A stretch of 64,000 nucleotides of DNA, taken from Vicinamibacterales bacterium. Its GTDB lineage: Bacteria; Acidobacteriota; Vicinamibacteria; Vicinamibacterales; UBA823. The notes under the pieces were generated by a model that was not told the origin of the DNA, did no database searches, and saw only the letters and a list, made by a program, of their open reading frames with translations. Made by a program: the position numbers and the translations under genes. The stretch is from NCBI GenBank assembly GCA_036012125.1, contig DASCOS010000004.1, positions 154,094 to 218,093 of the forward strand, in the 5' to 3' direction. Each line of letters starts with the position of its first letter. Within the stretch, counting starts at the first letter, position 1. Positions 45,601 through 55,613 of this stretch are shown here, in pieces.

Positions 45601-46485
45601 TTAGTTCAAACTTGCCACTCGCCTTCGCAACATCTTGATGTGTTCCCAGATCTGCTCGTGTTCCGTCTGGCGATCCACTGGGACGTCACCGTTTCTGGTT
45701 CGCCCCGTAATGTGCAGGTATGCTTCGAGGTCTCTCAGGGCGCCCGAGAAGTCTCGCAGGTGATAGGCCAGCAAGCCACGGTCGCGAAGATCGACGGCGC
45801 CAGATGGTTTAATGGCGAGGAGTAATTCAGTCACGTCACGCGCCTGTGGGAAAGAACGTAACCTGACGTACATTCGTTTCAAGTTTTCGAGGACTCGGAC
45901 GATGATCTGTTTATCACTTGCCGGCTTGAGAAGTCGAAGGTCGAATTCGGCGTCGTCACCGAGATGTTGGTGGAGTAGTTCACGGCAGTCACCCTCGGCC
46001 ATTATCCTGCCGTTATTGGATGGGTCGATGACAAGTGGCATCTGTTTCCACTCCGATGATTCCGCTTGTAATCGTACTAGGAAGTGACTTGGAAAATTGA
46101 CTCCCGCCGCACGAACTCCAGCTCGTTGAGCCACTTCAAGGAAGACAATCCCTAGTGTTACCGGAATGCCTGTCCGTCGATCGAGCACCTGATTCAGACA
46201 ACTGTTTCTGGGATCTTCGTTGTCTGCAGGGTTGCTAGTAAAGCCCCGCTCCCGAAACAGGTAACGGCTGAGGATTTCGAACTGCGCTTGCTGAGTTTTG
46301 CCATCTCCGTCCGCTAGCCGCTTCCGTGCCTCGCTACCCATGCGGTCAAGACACTCGAGGGATGGCGTGGGGTTGAGGTGCGGGTGTTCGAGCCTGGCGA
46401 TGAGCAGTGCTGCGCGTGCGAGGTCTGGAGCTTGGCCGCTGACCGTGTCAGCAAACTCGCGCGCCAGCTTATCAACATTGATCAT
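45601..46485 (-). CDS. SirB1/YchA-like protein (transglutaminase-like N-domain + TPR-like C-domain)
   Basis: 294 aa. NSCLNQVLDRRTGIPVTLGIVFLEVAQRAG fits the family core. The C-terminus is TPR-like (DRGLLAYHLRDFSGALRDLEAYL). Confidence 0.6.
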   Translation of the reverse strand: MINVDKLAREFADTVSGQAPDLARAALLIARLEHPHLNPTPSLECLDRMGSEARKRLADGDGKTQQAQFEILSRYLFRERGFTSNPADNEDPRNSCLNQVLDRRTGIPVTLGIVFLEVAQRAGVRAAGVNFPSHFLVRLQAESSEWKQMPLVIDPSNNGRIMAEGDCRELLHQHLGDDAEFDLRLLKPASDKQIIVRVLENLKRMYVRLRSFPQARDVTELLLAIKPSGAVDLRDRGLLAYHLRDFSGALRDLEAYLHITGRTRNGDVPVDRQTEHEQIWEHIKMLRRRVASLN

Positions 46486-46509
46486 CTGATTCGAAGTCCA
46501 TGCATTTCT

Positions 46510-47133
46510 TTAATTATCCCATTCTCCCGGGAGCCGCTCCCCAGCGAGGACCGCTAATGCCAACTGGTTCTCGAGTGGCGGGAACGGGCAGTCGAAGCGC
46601 ACGTCATAGTAGCAAAATGGGTGATAGGCGGTATTGAAGTCGAGGTCGTAGATTCCCGTTGGTGTCACCACCAGGTCAAGGTAACGTCCAGCAGGATAAG
46701 TCTCCCTGCCATTCGTCAGATCGCCAAATGGCACGAACAGGCTGTTGTTGTTGGATGCTAAGACTTCGACAAAAGCTGACAGCGTGACAGGATTTCCCTC
46801 GAGTTGAAATTCTAGGACTCCCACGCGGCGCATTGACCTCCGCTTGCCCGTCGATGTGGGGATTTCGAAGATTGTTTGTTCACTGTCAACGCGGAGCGAT
46901 GCAGGGATTCGGTAATCGACATCAGGTAAGAAGTAACTTAGTGGAAGAAGGTCTTGACGGCGAGAAACAGGGACTGGGGAATCCGCACTATTTTCAAACG
47001 CCTGGTCCTTGGCTGTCCGCGATGCGAGGAGTGTGTCGACGTAGGACAGATCATCCGGTGGAGGAGCACTACAGGCGCTCACCGCAATAAGCACGGCCGC
47101 ACTCCAGGGTGCGGTGGTTGACCCTCTAGTCAT
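46510..47133 (-). CDS. DUF1684-domain lipoprotein
   Basis: 207 aa. Lipobox-like AVSACSA. The C-terminal AYHPFCYYDVRFDCPFPPLENQLALAVLAGE is the DUF1684 signature. Confidence 0.7.
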   Translation of the reverse strand: MTRGSTTAPWSAAVLIAVSACSAPPPDDLSYVDTLLASRTAKDQAFENSADSPVPVSRRQDLLPLSYFLPDVDYRIPASLRVDSEQTIFEIPTSTGKRRSMRRVGVLEFQLEGNPVTLSAFVEVLASNNNSLFVPFGDLTNGRETYPAGRYLDLVVTPTGIYDLDFNTAYHPFCYYDVRFDCPFPPLENQLALAVLAGERLPGEWDN

Positions 47134-47135
47134 TG

Positions 47136-47987
47136 CTAAGGCTGAGACAATTGCTTGAGCATCGCGGTTGCGACGGACTGCTCTTTGGAGCCTGGTTCGG
47201 CCTCGATGGCCATTTGCAGGTATCGCCGCCCTTCAGACTGGTCACCTGCGGCGAGTGCGATCTCGCCCAGCTTGAGAAGAGGTTTGCTCCATGCTGGATC
47301 GGTCTCGTGGGCGCGCCAGTACCAGCCGACCGCACGTTCGGCGCCCTCTAAGGCTAATTGTGTTTCGCCGAAGTTGTAAAGCAACTCACGGTTCAGGCTA
47401 AGGTCAAGGTCTAGCTCAGCCGCAAGCACGCCCTGATAGGCTTCTTGTGCCTCGGCGTACTGCGCGATGTTGAGGTAAGAATCACCAATTATTAGCTTAA
47501 GTGTTGTGAGTGCCGGGACCATTACGGACAATTTCTCGTAGGCGGCAACTGCTTCCAGGTAGCGCTCAGCAGAATATAGCTCCTCGGCCTGTTGCAACTG
47601 TTCCTGCAGATCGGTCGACTTTACATTTGCTAAGGCCCCGAACCGCTCACCATAAGCGCCGCGGGCTAGGAACAAATTTATCTCGGGGTTACGGGCTATC
47701 TCTCTGACGCGCCGATGCAGTTGTGCTGGTGTGAAGCCAAGCGCTTTCGCAGTGAACATCCAATTGCCTGGCCGCAGGGTAACAAAGCCAAAATTCCCCC
47801 CGGAATCAGTTGTAGCAGTGAAGCTACGGTTACCGTTCTCAGCGGTGACTGATGCGCCTTGGATCGGTCTATTGCTCTCGTCGCGCACTGTGCCAACGAC
47901 TCGTGTTTGCCCAAAAGCTACCGTGCTAGTGGTAAGCCAGAAGGCCACGCATACAGAGAACAAACAGAAATTCGCTATGGTTTGCAT
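47136..47987 (-). CDS. Secreted carboxypeptidase-regulatory-like domain + TPR repeat protein
   Basis: The start is moved to MQTIANFCLFSV... (47987). VVGTVRDESNRPIQGASVTAENG is CarboxypepD_reg-like, followed by TPR-like repeats. Confidence 0.6.
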   Translation of the reverse strand: MQTIANFCLFSVCVAFWLTTSTVAFGQTRVVGTVRDESNRPIQGASVTAENGNRSFTATTDSGGNFGFVTLRPGNWMFTAKALGFTPAQLHRRVREIARNPEINLFLARGAYGERFGALANVKSTDLQEQLQQAEELYSAERYLEAVAAYEKLSVMVPALTTLKLIIGDSYLNIAQYAEAQEAYQGVLAAELDLDLSLNRELLYNFGETQLALEGAERAVGWYWRAHETDPAWSKPLLKLGEIALAAGDQSEGRRYLQMAIEAEPGSKEQSVATAMLKQLSQP

Positions 47988-48104
47988 ATAACACCTTGAT
48001 GATATTGGATATCCGACCCCAACCCGTCGGGCGGTTTCACTCAAGGCATCGTGTCTGCCAGTATAATCCAGAACTCTGGTGCCTGTCGGCACCCGAGTAT
48101 TGCT

Positions 48105-50489
48105 ATGAACCAACGTGGTGTTGTGATCGGACTTCTGCTCGGTGTACTGCTGAACACATCTGAGCTTATTGCTGGCCAGCGTACTGACGAAGCCAGGCTG
48201 GCACGAGTCGGTGTACTCGTGCGCGAGGCCATCGATGCGGGACAACTCCCCGGCGCGGTTGTTTTGGTCGGCCGTGGGGACGAGGTCGTCTATTTCGAAG
48301 CGTTCGGCGATCGTGCCCTAGTGCCGGCCCGCGAGCAGTTGACGCGTAACACCATCTTCGATCTCGCTTCACTTACCAAGGTCGTTGCCACGACGACTAG
48401 CGTAATGCAGTTGGTCGAAGCGGGCCAAATCCGCCTGACCGATCGCGTCGGGACGTTTATTCCAGAGTTTTCACGGTATGGCAAAGAGGGTGTCACCATT
48501 AGACACCTTCTAACGCACATGTCTGGTTTGAGGCCAGACCTCGATTTGGCAGATGAGTTTGAGGGTTACGACGAGGCGATTCATCGCGCCACCGAAGAAG
48601 TGCTGTTGGCGCCGCCGGGCAGACAGTTCGTTTACAGCGACATAAACTTTTTTCTACTTGGAGAGATTGTTGCGCGAGTTTCCGGACTACCACTTGACCA
48701 GTACGTACGAGAACGGATCTTCGTACCGCTCGGAATGGTTGACACGATGTTTAACCCACCAGTTGACGTCGTGCCGAGGATTGCACCGACTGAAGCCTGC
48801 CCACCCCTCGGGTGGCCTTGCAACGGACCCAGTTCGGTGATGCTACGTGGAATAGTGCACGATCCGACAGCCCGCCGGATGGGGGGCGTAGCTGGACACG
48901 CGGGTCTCTTCAGTACTGCACACGATTTAGCTATTTTTTGCCGCATGTTGCTAGGCAGGGTCGCGATTGGCGGTACGCGTTTACTCGCACCACTTACCCT
49001 GGCAAAGATGACCACTGTCGCGACCCCGCAGCACGAACGGAACCGGAGGGGCCTTGGTTGGGACATCGACTCGGTTTTCGCATCGAACCGAGGAGAACTC
49101 TTACCCGTCGGTTCGTTTGGTCACACCGGCTTCACTGGGACATCACTCTGGCTTGATCCCACGACCGATACCTACATCATCTTCCTGTCGAACCGCGTGC
49201 ATCCAGATGGCAAGGGCAATGTTGTTGCTCTCCGTGCTCGCGTGGCTACGGCAGTCGCGGCCGCACTCACCGATGTGCCCCCAACCATAGGCTTCCAAGG
49301 GGGTGGCATGACCGGCGTCGACTTTGGTGCGTCCGGAGGCCCTCCTTCGTCGACACCGCGGTCGGTGATGTCAGGTATTGACGTGCTTCGTGCCGACGGC
49401 TTCGCTGCGTTACAAGGCCAACGGGTCGGTCTACTGACGAACCACACAGGTCTTGCGCAAGACGGGACCACGACGATTGATCTCTTACATGGTGCTGACA
49501 AAGTCGAGCTCGTAGCGTTATTCAGCCCTGAACATGGTATCCGGGGGGTAGAAGATTCGGCCGTGGCCTCTGGCCGTGACAAGCGTACCGGACTGGCGAT
49601 CCACTCGCTTTATGGTGAGACGCGGCGACCGCTGTCAAGGATGCTCGAAGATCTCGACACCATCGTTGTTGATATCCAGGGCATTGGTGCCAGGTTCTAC
49701 ACCTACATGACCACAATGGCTTATGTCATGGAGGCTGCGGCTCTACATAATCTGACGATCGTCGTATTGGACCGGCCTAATCCAATTGGCGGCGTGGCGA
49801 TCGAAGGGCCTATTCAGGACGATACGGCGGTGGGTTTCACCGGTTATTTTCCAATGCCCATCCGTCACGGACTAACACTCGGTGAACTAGCTCGTCTCTT
49901 CAACGAGCAGCTAGAGATCGGTGCCGAGCTGACTGTTATTGAAATGACGGGCTGGATGCGGGACGCTTGGTTCGATTGGACCGGCTTGCGATGGGTGAAC
50001 CCATCACCGAACATGCGTAACCTAAATCAGGCGGCACTCTATCCGGGTATTGGTGCGATCGAAGGCACGAACGTCTCGGTAGGACGCGGCACAGATGCGC
50101 CCTTTGAGCAAATCGGTGCGCCCTGGATTGACGGTGTTGAACTAGCAGAACATCTCAACGCACGGAGTCTCTCGGGCATCCGTTTCTATCCTGTGGCGTT
50201 CACGCCAGAGAGTAGTAAGTACGCCGACCAACAGTGCGGCGGTATTTACATGATTGTTACGAATCGAGACCTGCTGCGGCCTGTACGTGTGGGTCTCGAA
50301 GTGGCAGCCGCACTGTACCAACGCTATGGTGACATTTTTGAAATTGACGCAGCTGCCCGTCTCTTTGGATCGCGTGACACGCTAAACCGTGTTAAGGCCA
50401 ATGAAGACCTTTCGGCTATCGCGCAAAGTTGGGTCGCTGACGAAGCCGCCTGGCGCCGACTACGAGCGCCGTATCTACTGTATTACTGA
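48105..50489 (+). CDS. Fusion protein: serine beta-lactamase-fold hydrolase (AmpH/AmiE-like) + DUF1343 (NamZ-type exo-beta-N-acetylmuramidase)
   Basis: The N-terminal half has FDLASLTKVV (SxxK), YSD and FGHTGFTG. The C-terminal half has VGLLTNHTG, ALFSPEHGIRG and VVDIQGIGARFYTY. The start is taken at MNQRGVVIGLLLGVLL (signal-like). Confidence 0.75.
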   Translation: MNQRGVVIGLLLGVLLNTSELIAGQRTDEARLARVGVLVREAIDAGQLPGAVVLVGRGDEVVYFEAFGDRALVPAREQLTRNTIFDLASLTKVVATTTSVMQLVEAGQIRLTDRVGTFIPEFSRYGKEGVTIRHLLTHMSGLRPDLDLADEFEGYDEAIHRATEEVLLAPPGRQFVYSDINFFLLGEIVARVSGLPLDQYVRERIFVPLGMVDTMFNPPVDVVPRIAPTEACPPLGWPCNGPSSVMLRGIVHDPTARRMGGVAGHAGLFSTAHDLAIFCRMLLGRVAIGGTRLLAPLTLAKMTTVATPQHERNRRGLGWDIDSVFASNRGELLPVGSFGHTGFTGTSLWLDPTTDTYIIFLSNRVHPDGKGNVVALRARVATAVAAALTDVPPTIGFQGGGMTGVDFGASGGPPSSTPRSVMSGIDVLRADGFAALQGQRVGLLTNHTGLAQDGTTTIDLLHGADKVELVALFSPEHGIRGVEDSAVASGRDKRTGLAIHSLYGETRRPLSRMLEDLDTIVVDIQGIGARFYTYMTTMAYVMEAAALHNLTIVVLDRPNPIGGVAIEGPIQDDTAVGFTGYFPMPIRHGLTLGELARLFNEQLEIGAELTVIEMTGWMRDAWFDWTGLRWVNPSPNMRNLNQAALYPGIGAIEGTNVSVGRGTDAPFEQIGAPWIDGVELAEHLNARSLSGIRFYPVAFTPESSKYADQQCGGIYMIVTNRDLLRPVRVGLEVAAALYQRYGDIFEIDAAARLFGSRDTLNRVKANEDLSAIAQSWVADEAAWRRLRAPYLLYY

Positions 50490-50573
50490 GCTGCTAGTAG
50501 CTTGGTACCTACTCTTGGAATCAAGTATCGGTCTTGGAACAACAGCAAAGAAGGGTGCCTGGAGCACGGCGGC

Positions 50574-50996
50574 TTAGGTCGGTAGCATGTATAGCATTCC
50601 ATAAACGACGACCCCGGTAACCGAAACGTAAAGCCAGATCGGAAACGTCCAGCGCGCGATCGCTTTGTGACCTATATCATCGCGCCGGAGGCCGCGGCGT
50701 AGAGTCACGACCGCCATCGGCACGACGGCGATGGCTAGGACAACGTGGGTTGCCAGAATAACAAAATACACGACACGAATTATCCCGGTACCCGTGAATG
50801 CCCGAGATCCTATGTTCACGTGGTAGATGACGTATGAGACCAAGAACAGCACTGACATTGAGAAGGCGGCTAACATTAGGGCGCGATGCCTGACGACATT
50901 ACCCTTACGGATCATGACATAAGCAGAGACCAGCAGTATCCCCGCGAGGGCGTTCAACGTGGCGTTGAGCAACGGGAGATCTGAAATCTCTAACAT
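50574..50996 (-). CDS. DUF420 membrane protein (oxidase-assembly associated)
   Basis: 140 aa, 4 TM. LLNATLNALAGILLVSAYVMIRKG...HRALMLAAF is the typical DUF420 N-terminus. Confidence 0.7.
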   Translation of the reverse strand: MLEISDLPLLNATLNALAGILLVSAYVMIRKGNVVRHRALMLAAFSMSVLFLVSYVIYHVNIGSRAFTGTGIIRVVYFVILATHVVLAIAVVPMAVVTLRRGLRRDDIGHKAIARWTFPIWLYVSVTGVVVYGMLYMLPT

Positions 50997-51015
50997 CGAT
51001 GGTTTCCTCTACAGA

Positions 51016-51789
51016 TTAGCGGCCTCGTTTGCTGCGCACGAACAGAATGCCTATTGCAGCTGTTGCGCAACCAAACACGAAGACTACGATCAAAGACATC
51101 GCGAATGACGGTAGCCCTCCCCCTGTTACGGAGGTCCCTCCTGTCAGAACTACCCGTAATGCCGTGACTCCGTAAGTCATTGGATTGGCCCACATGATTG
51201 CGCGGATCCACCATGAGGCGCCCTCTGCAGGAAAGACTGCTCCCGACAAGAGCCACATCGGTACCAGCACTAGATTCATGACGGCGTGAAAACCCTGCGT
51301 AGAATCAAGCTGCCACGCAACCAGAAAGCCTAAACCGGTCAGTGCGAAAGCCAGCGTGAGTAGTGCCACGACGAGGGGCAGTATCAAGTCGGCTCGGAGA
51401 TCAATGCCAGTGGCAGGTGCGAGCAACAGAAAAAGCATCGCTTGTATTACAGCGAGCGTGGTGCCGCTGAGAATTTTACCCACGACGATGGTTGTCCTCG
51501 GCACCGGCGCCACCAGCACTCCTTGTAAAAAGCCTTCACGTCGGTCTTCAATGACTGAAATCGTTGAGAAAATGGCGGTGAAGAGCACAATGAGCGCAAG
51601 CGTGCCTGGAAAGAAGTATTGCAGATAGTTCACTGGTGCGTCGGCGTTGACGCGAAATGACGACCCTAGTCCGGAACCCAGCAGCAGCCAGAAGACGACC
51701 GGGGTACCGAGTGCGCCGATAACTCGACTGCGCTGCCGGTAGAATCGGATAATGTCGCGGGCCCACAAGCTATAGGTGGCAAGTAGCAT
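51016..51789 (-). CDS. ABC-2-type transporter permease
   Basis: 257 aa, 6 TM, ABC-2 topology. It sits directly downstream of the ATPase. Confidence 0.8.
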   Translation of the reverse strand: MLLATYSLWARDIIRFYRQRSRVIGALGTPVVFWLLLGSGLGSSFRVNADAPVNYLQYFFPGTLALIVLFTAIFSTISVIEDRREGFLQGVLVAPVPRTTIVVGKILSGTTLAVIQAMLFLLLAPATGIDLRADLILPLVVALLTLAFALTGLGFLVAWQLDSTQGFHAVMNLVLVPMWLLSGAVFPAEGASWWIRAIMWANPMTYGVTALRVVLTGGTSVTGGGLPSFAMSLIVVFVFGCATAAIGILFVRSKRGR

Positions 51790-51798
51790 TGCGTTGGC

Positions 51799-52758
51799 TT
51801 AATGCAATTGCTCGCCGGTGTAGTGAATGAACACGTCTTCAAGCGTTGGTTTGCCGAAGGTGATCGTATCAATCTCACCGGGAAATGCTTCGACGAGCTC
51901 CGGGACAAATTCATGCGCTTGCGCGCGTTCCAACCGGAGAGCTTCATCGATGATCTCTACGTGCTGGTCAAAGCGTTGGGTAACTTTCTGCGCTAGTGAC
52001 GAGAGGTCCTTACCGGTGACGAGAATCATATCGCCCCCGATCTCTGATACCAGCGCTTCCGGAGTACCTGATGCGACTAATCGACCTTTATGAAAAATTC
52101 CTACACGGTCGCACTGCGCGGCTTCGTCCATCAAGTGCGTGGCCACGATAATAGTCGTCGACTCAGTCTGGCGCAGATGTCGTAGATGCTCCCAGACCTC
52201 GTGCCGTGCACCAGGGTCGAGACCATTACTCGGCTCATCAAGGAGAAGAAGTAGTGGTTTGGTGAGTAGCGTCTTAGCCAATTCCACACGCCGTTGCAGT
52301 CCGCCGGACAAGGTGCTCACCAGGTCGCTCGCGCGGTCGGTTAGGTTGACGAGCGAGAGCACCTCGTCAATTCTTTGGTTGAGTGATTTACCGTACAGGC
52401 CATATAAATGGCCGTGGTAATAGAGATTTTCAACAACACGGAGGCGATCGTCGAGCGCCGGTGACTGGAAGGTCATACCGATGCAACGACGCACAGCGTC
52501 GGGGTTGGTAGCTACGTCGTGTCCGAATACGCGGACCGTTCCGTTGATAGGGGTCAGCAGTGTGGCAGCAATCCGAAAGAAAGTCGTCTTGCCACCCCCG
52601 TTCGGACCCAGAAGTCCAAAACTTTCGCCAGGCGCTACATCGAAGCTGACCGATTGGAGCACTTGACGGTCACCGTAGCGGTGATTCAGGCCGATGACGT
52701 TTAATGCCGATTGAAGGCCTGGACGGGACGCCGGGGTAGGCGAAATCGGTTCAGCCAC
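51799..52758 (-). CDS. ABC transporter ATP-binding protein (DrrA/ABC-2 type)
   Basis: Walker A GPNGGGKTT, signature LSGGLQRR, Walker B LLLLDEP. 8-nt overlap with ctaB. Confidence 0.9.
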   Translation of the reverse strand: MAEPISPTPASRPGLQSALNVIGLNHRYGDRQVLQSVSFDVAPGESFGLLGPNGGGKTTFFRIAATLLTPINGTVRVFGHDVATNPDAVRRCIGMTFQSPALDDRLRVVENLYYHGHLYGLYGKSLNQRIDEVLSLVNLTDRASDLVSTLSGGLQRRVELAKTLLTKPLLLLLDEPSNGLDPGARHEVWEHLRHLRQTESTTIIVATHLMDEAAQCDRVGIFHKGRLVASGTPEALVSEIGGDMILVTGKDLSSLAQKVTQRFDQHVEIIDEALRLERAQAHEFVPELVEAFPGEIDTITFGKPTLEDVFIHYTGEQLH

Positions 52759-53644
52759 CTAACAACCGCGAGGAAATCAGGAGCACCCACAGGAGGGGCA
52801 GATAGACGAGCGATCCGAAGAAAAGATTGCGGGCGTTCTGCGTGGACCGGTGCCAGGCGAACCGTACAGAGAGCGCGGCGAAGCCGAAGCCGAGAAAGGC
52901 CGTACCAAGCAAATATGGGGTGCCAGCCATACCGACCCACACCGGAGCGAGACTAACTGGCAACAGGCCGGCGAGAAAAAGAAGCACGTGCCTAGCTGTA
53001 CGCCGTCCGCTTGGTTCAACGACTGGCAAAACCTGAAATCCCGCACGAGCGAAATCCTCACGGTAGATCCACGCGATTGCGAGAAAGTGTGGGATCTGCC
53101 AGAGGAAGACGATGCCGAATAACACCCACGCCTCAAGAGTCATCGAGCCATTTGCTGCCACCCAGCCTAGCGCAGCCGGTAAAGCGCCAGGCACAGCACC
53201 AACCACGGTGGCGAAAGGAGTGCGGCACTTCAGTGGTGTGTAAATCAGAACGTAAGTGACTATTGTCGCTAGAGCGAGGCCGGCGGCAAGTGGACGCGTA
53301 TAGGTCAGGACAGCCAATCCGATCAGAGAAAGTGCGATGCCAAATCCCCGCGCCTCCGCTGGTAACAGTCGACCGCTAGGTAGCGGCCGATGCCGGGTCC
53401 TAAGCATCAGGCCGTCTGCCTTCCTCTCGTAAACCTGGTTGAGTGCGGAGGCACCACCGGCGACCAGCGCTGTTCCAATTATCGTTGGTCCGATAAGCCA
53501 CACTACACCGGCGTCAGGGGCCGCCAGATAGAAACAGACGGTCGTTGTAACTAAGACGAGGGAGTTCAAACGTGGCTTCGTAAGTGCAATGAAGTCGGCG
53601 ATGCGACTTCCCGGAACAGCTATTGCCACCGCACTGATTTTCAC
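52751..53644 (-). CDS. ctaB: Protoheme IX farnesyltransferase (heme O synthase)
   Basis: 297 aa. FIALTKPRLNSLV, NQVYERKADGLMLRTRHRPLPSG, UbiA fold. Confidence 0.9.
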   Translation of the reverse strand: MKISAVAIAVPGSRIADFIALTKPRLNSLVLVTTTVCFYLAAPDAGVVWLIGPTIIGTALVAGGASALNQVYERKADGLMLRTRHRPLPSGRLLPAEARGFGIALSLIGLAVLTYTRPLAAGLALATIVTYVLIYTPLKCRTPFATVVGAVPGALPAALGWVAANGSMTLEAWVLFGIVFLWQIPHFLAIAWIYREDFARAGFQVLPVVEPSGRRTARHVLLFLAGLLPVSLAPVWVGMAGTPYLLGTAFLGFGFAALSVRFAWHRSTQNARNLFFGSLVYLPLLWVLLISSRLLGG

Positions 53645-54606
53645 CTAACTACCCCTGCTGACGACGTCTCGGGCAGTGCTACTGAGGTGTTGCTTAAGGG
53701 CATATCCGAGAGTCGGTGGCGGTGCACCAAGAGTGTCAAGAGGACAACCGTTGCCAGAAGTGCCGCTCCAGTCGCGACATGTGCCGTGTTGATACCCACT
53801 TGACGTTCTGAAAGCACAGTGAGAGCACCCAGCGTGAACTGAACCGTCACGAGCCCAATGAGCAGCCAGGCCAGTCGCCGTAGTTCCAATCGGTGCCGGT
53901 GATGCACCAGCACGTGCCCCGCTGTTGCTACGACCGCCAATGTTACAAGGACGGCACCAATCCGATGCCCGAAGTGAATGGCGATTGGCCAACTCCATTC
54001 AGGTGGGACAAGATGCCCAAAAGCTAAGGGAAAATCTGGAATCGCCAATCCGGCGCCGGTGTGTCGCATTATGGCCCCGACAAGGACCTGCACGTAGACC
54101 ACAGCCACCGTTCCGATGGTCAACCGCGCTAGCATCCGATCGGCAATGGGTGCGGCCGTCCCGGTGTGCCAACGTGGTGACGTGAACAATGCGAGGGCCA
54201 CTGTCAGGCAGAAGACAAGCTGAGCGAGCCCAGCGTGTGCGACGGAGATGGGTGTTGGTAAAAAGTAGAGCACCGTGACACCTCCGAGCGTGCCCTGCAG
54301 TATAACCGCGCCGAGAGCAACCCAAGCTAGATATCGCACCCAGCGACGACCATCAACACGTGAGAACCACACAGCCAATCCGATCATCAGGATTCCTACA
54401 GCACTCGCGATTAGCCGGTGTCCATGCTCGTACAAGATCCCGCCTACCATCTTCGACAGCGGGAAGCTGAACATGAAGTAACCATAAGTATTTGGCCAGT
54501 CTGGGACCGCCAGCCCAGAGTCTGTGCTAGTGACCAAGGCGCCGGCCGTGATGAGTAGCAACGTAGCTGTGGCGACGAAAATTGTGAACCTATGGAGCGA
54601 GGCCAT
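53641..54606 (-). CDS. ctaA: Heme A synthase (CtaA/COX15 family)
   Basis: 321 aa, 8 TM, with paired His motifs (YEHGHRL, HFGHRIGA). 4-nt overlap with ctaB. Confidence 0.8.
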   Translation of the reverse strand: MASLHRFTIFVATATLLLITAGALVTSTDSGLAVPDWPNTYGYFMFSFPLSKMVGGILYEHGHRLIASAVGILMIGLAVWFSRVDGRRWVRYLAWVALGAVILQGTLGGVTVLYFLPTPISVAHAGLAQLVFCLTVALALFTSPRWHTGTAAPIADRMLARLTIGTVAVVYVQVLVGAIMRHTGAGLAIPDFPLAFGHLVPPEWSWPIAIHFGHRIGAVLVTLAVVATAGHVLVHHRHRLELRRLAWLLIGLVTVQFTLGALTVLSERQVGINTAHVATGAALLATVVLLTLLVHRHRLSDMPLSNTSVALPETSSAGVVR

Positions 54607-54674
54607 ACGTCGTTAAACAGGCGGGATGTGAAAACGACGGAGGGATCCTCCCTCCGCCGCGCCCACTTAAAATG

Positions 54675-55448
54675 CTAGCTAACCGTAAAGGTAAACGAGA
54701 CCTCAACGGTTTCGTTCTCAACCACGGTGACGTTCTGAGTCTGAGTACCTAACATTTCATGCCAAGCCTCGATCGTGTAGTCGCCCGGGGGTAGTGTGTT
54801 CAATGCAAACGCACCACCGTTACCGCTCACGCCGAAGTACGGGTGATCCAACACGCCCACATAGGCGTTCATCCAACCGTGCACGTCGCACTTAAACGGC
54901 ACCATAACCTCAACTGTTTCGAATGCGGTGTCGTAGGTCATGCCTTCGATCGGTTGGCCGGTGTTGAATTCACGGTTATTTGCTGGCATTGCGTGAATGT
55001 TGTGCAGCGTTGGGTCACCGTTGCTCACTGTCAGGGTCTGGCCCGCCTGGATCCCGAAGACATGCGGCGTATAGCGGCAACCATTTTGGTCAAGCATAAC
55101 GGGTTCAGAGGGAGTAGGAAACGACCGGCTACCAAGACCTTCCTTAACGTAGACAAACACGTTATTGAGTGAACCGTCCTCCCCGACGACGTAGTATTCC
55201 GTACTGGTGTTGTTGCCAGACTCCTGTGCGCAAACAGGATCAGAATTCATCCGAATAGTTTCGGCCTCAGGGGGTGTGCCTTCAAGCATGACCGTGCCGG
55301 TTATGTTGCCTTCAGCAGCGCTGTCGACCGCAGACGCAACCGGCGCTTCAGGTTCAGATTCGGCCGGGGCTTCCGAGCCACCACCACACGCCACTGTTAG
55401 GACCAACGCCATTATCGAAACCAGCAGCCACGACTTTCGTACATCCAT
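54675..55448 (-). CDS. Cupredoxin-like lipoprotein (putative type-1 copper site) with a CarboxypepD_reg-like N-domain
   Basis: The start is moved to MDVRKSWLLVSIMALVLTVACGG (lipobox). Candidate Cu ligands are HNIH...KCDVHGWM (C-x2-H-x2-M). Confidence 0.55.
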   Translation of the reverse strand: MDVRKSWLLVSIMALVLTVACGGGSEAPAESEPEAPVASAVDSAAEGNITGTVMLEGTPPEAETIRMNSDPVCAQESGNNTSTEYYVVGEDGSLNNVFVYVKEGLGSRSFPTPSEPVMLDQNGCRYTPHVFGIQAGQTLTVSNGDPTLHNIHAMPANNREFNTGQPIEGMTYDTAFETVEVMVPFKCDVHGWMNAYVGVLDHPYFGVSGNGGAFALNTLPPGDYTIEAWHEMLGTQTQNVTVVENETVEVSFTFTVS

Positions 55449-55613
55449 TGAAACTCTCCTGACACGAAGTAAGGGGAAAAACACCGCAGGCCGCTCAGTT
55501 CGTCGTCTCGCGGCAACCTCCAAAACCAGATCAATATCACACGCACCGACCGCAGTAAATGGTTGAAACACTTTAGCGGAGCTTATCTAGCCTATGTGCG
55601 AACGCAATGTCAG

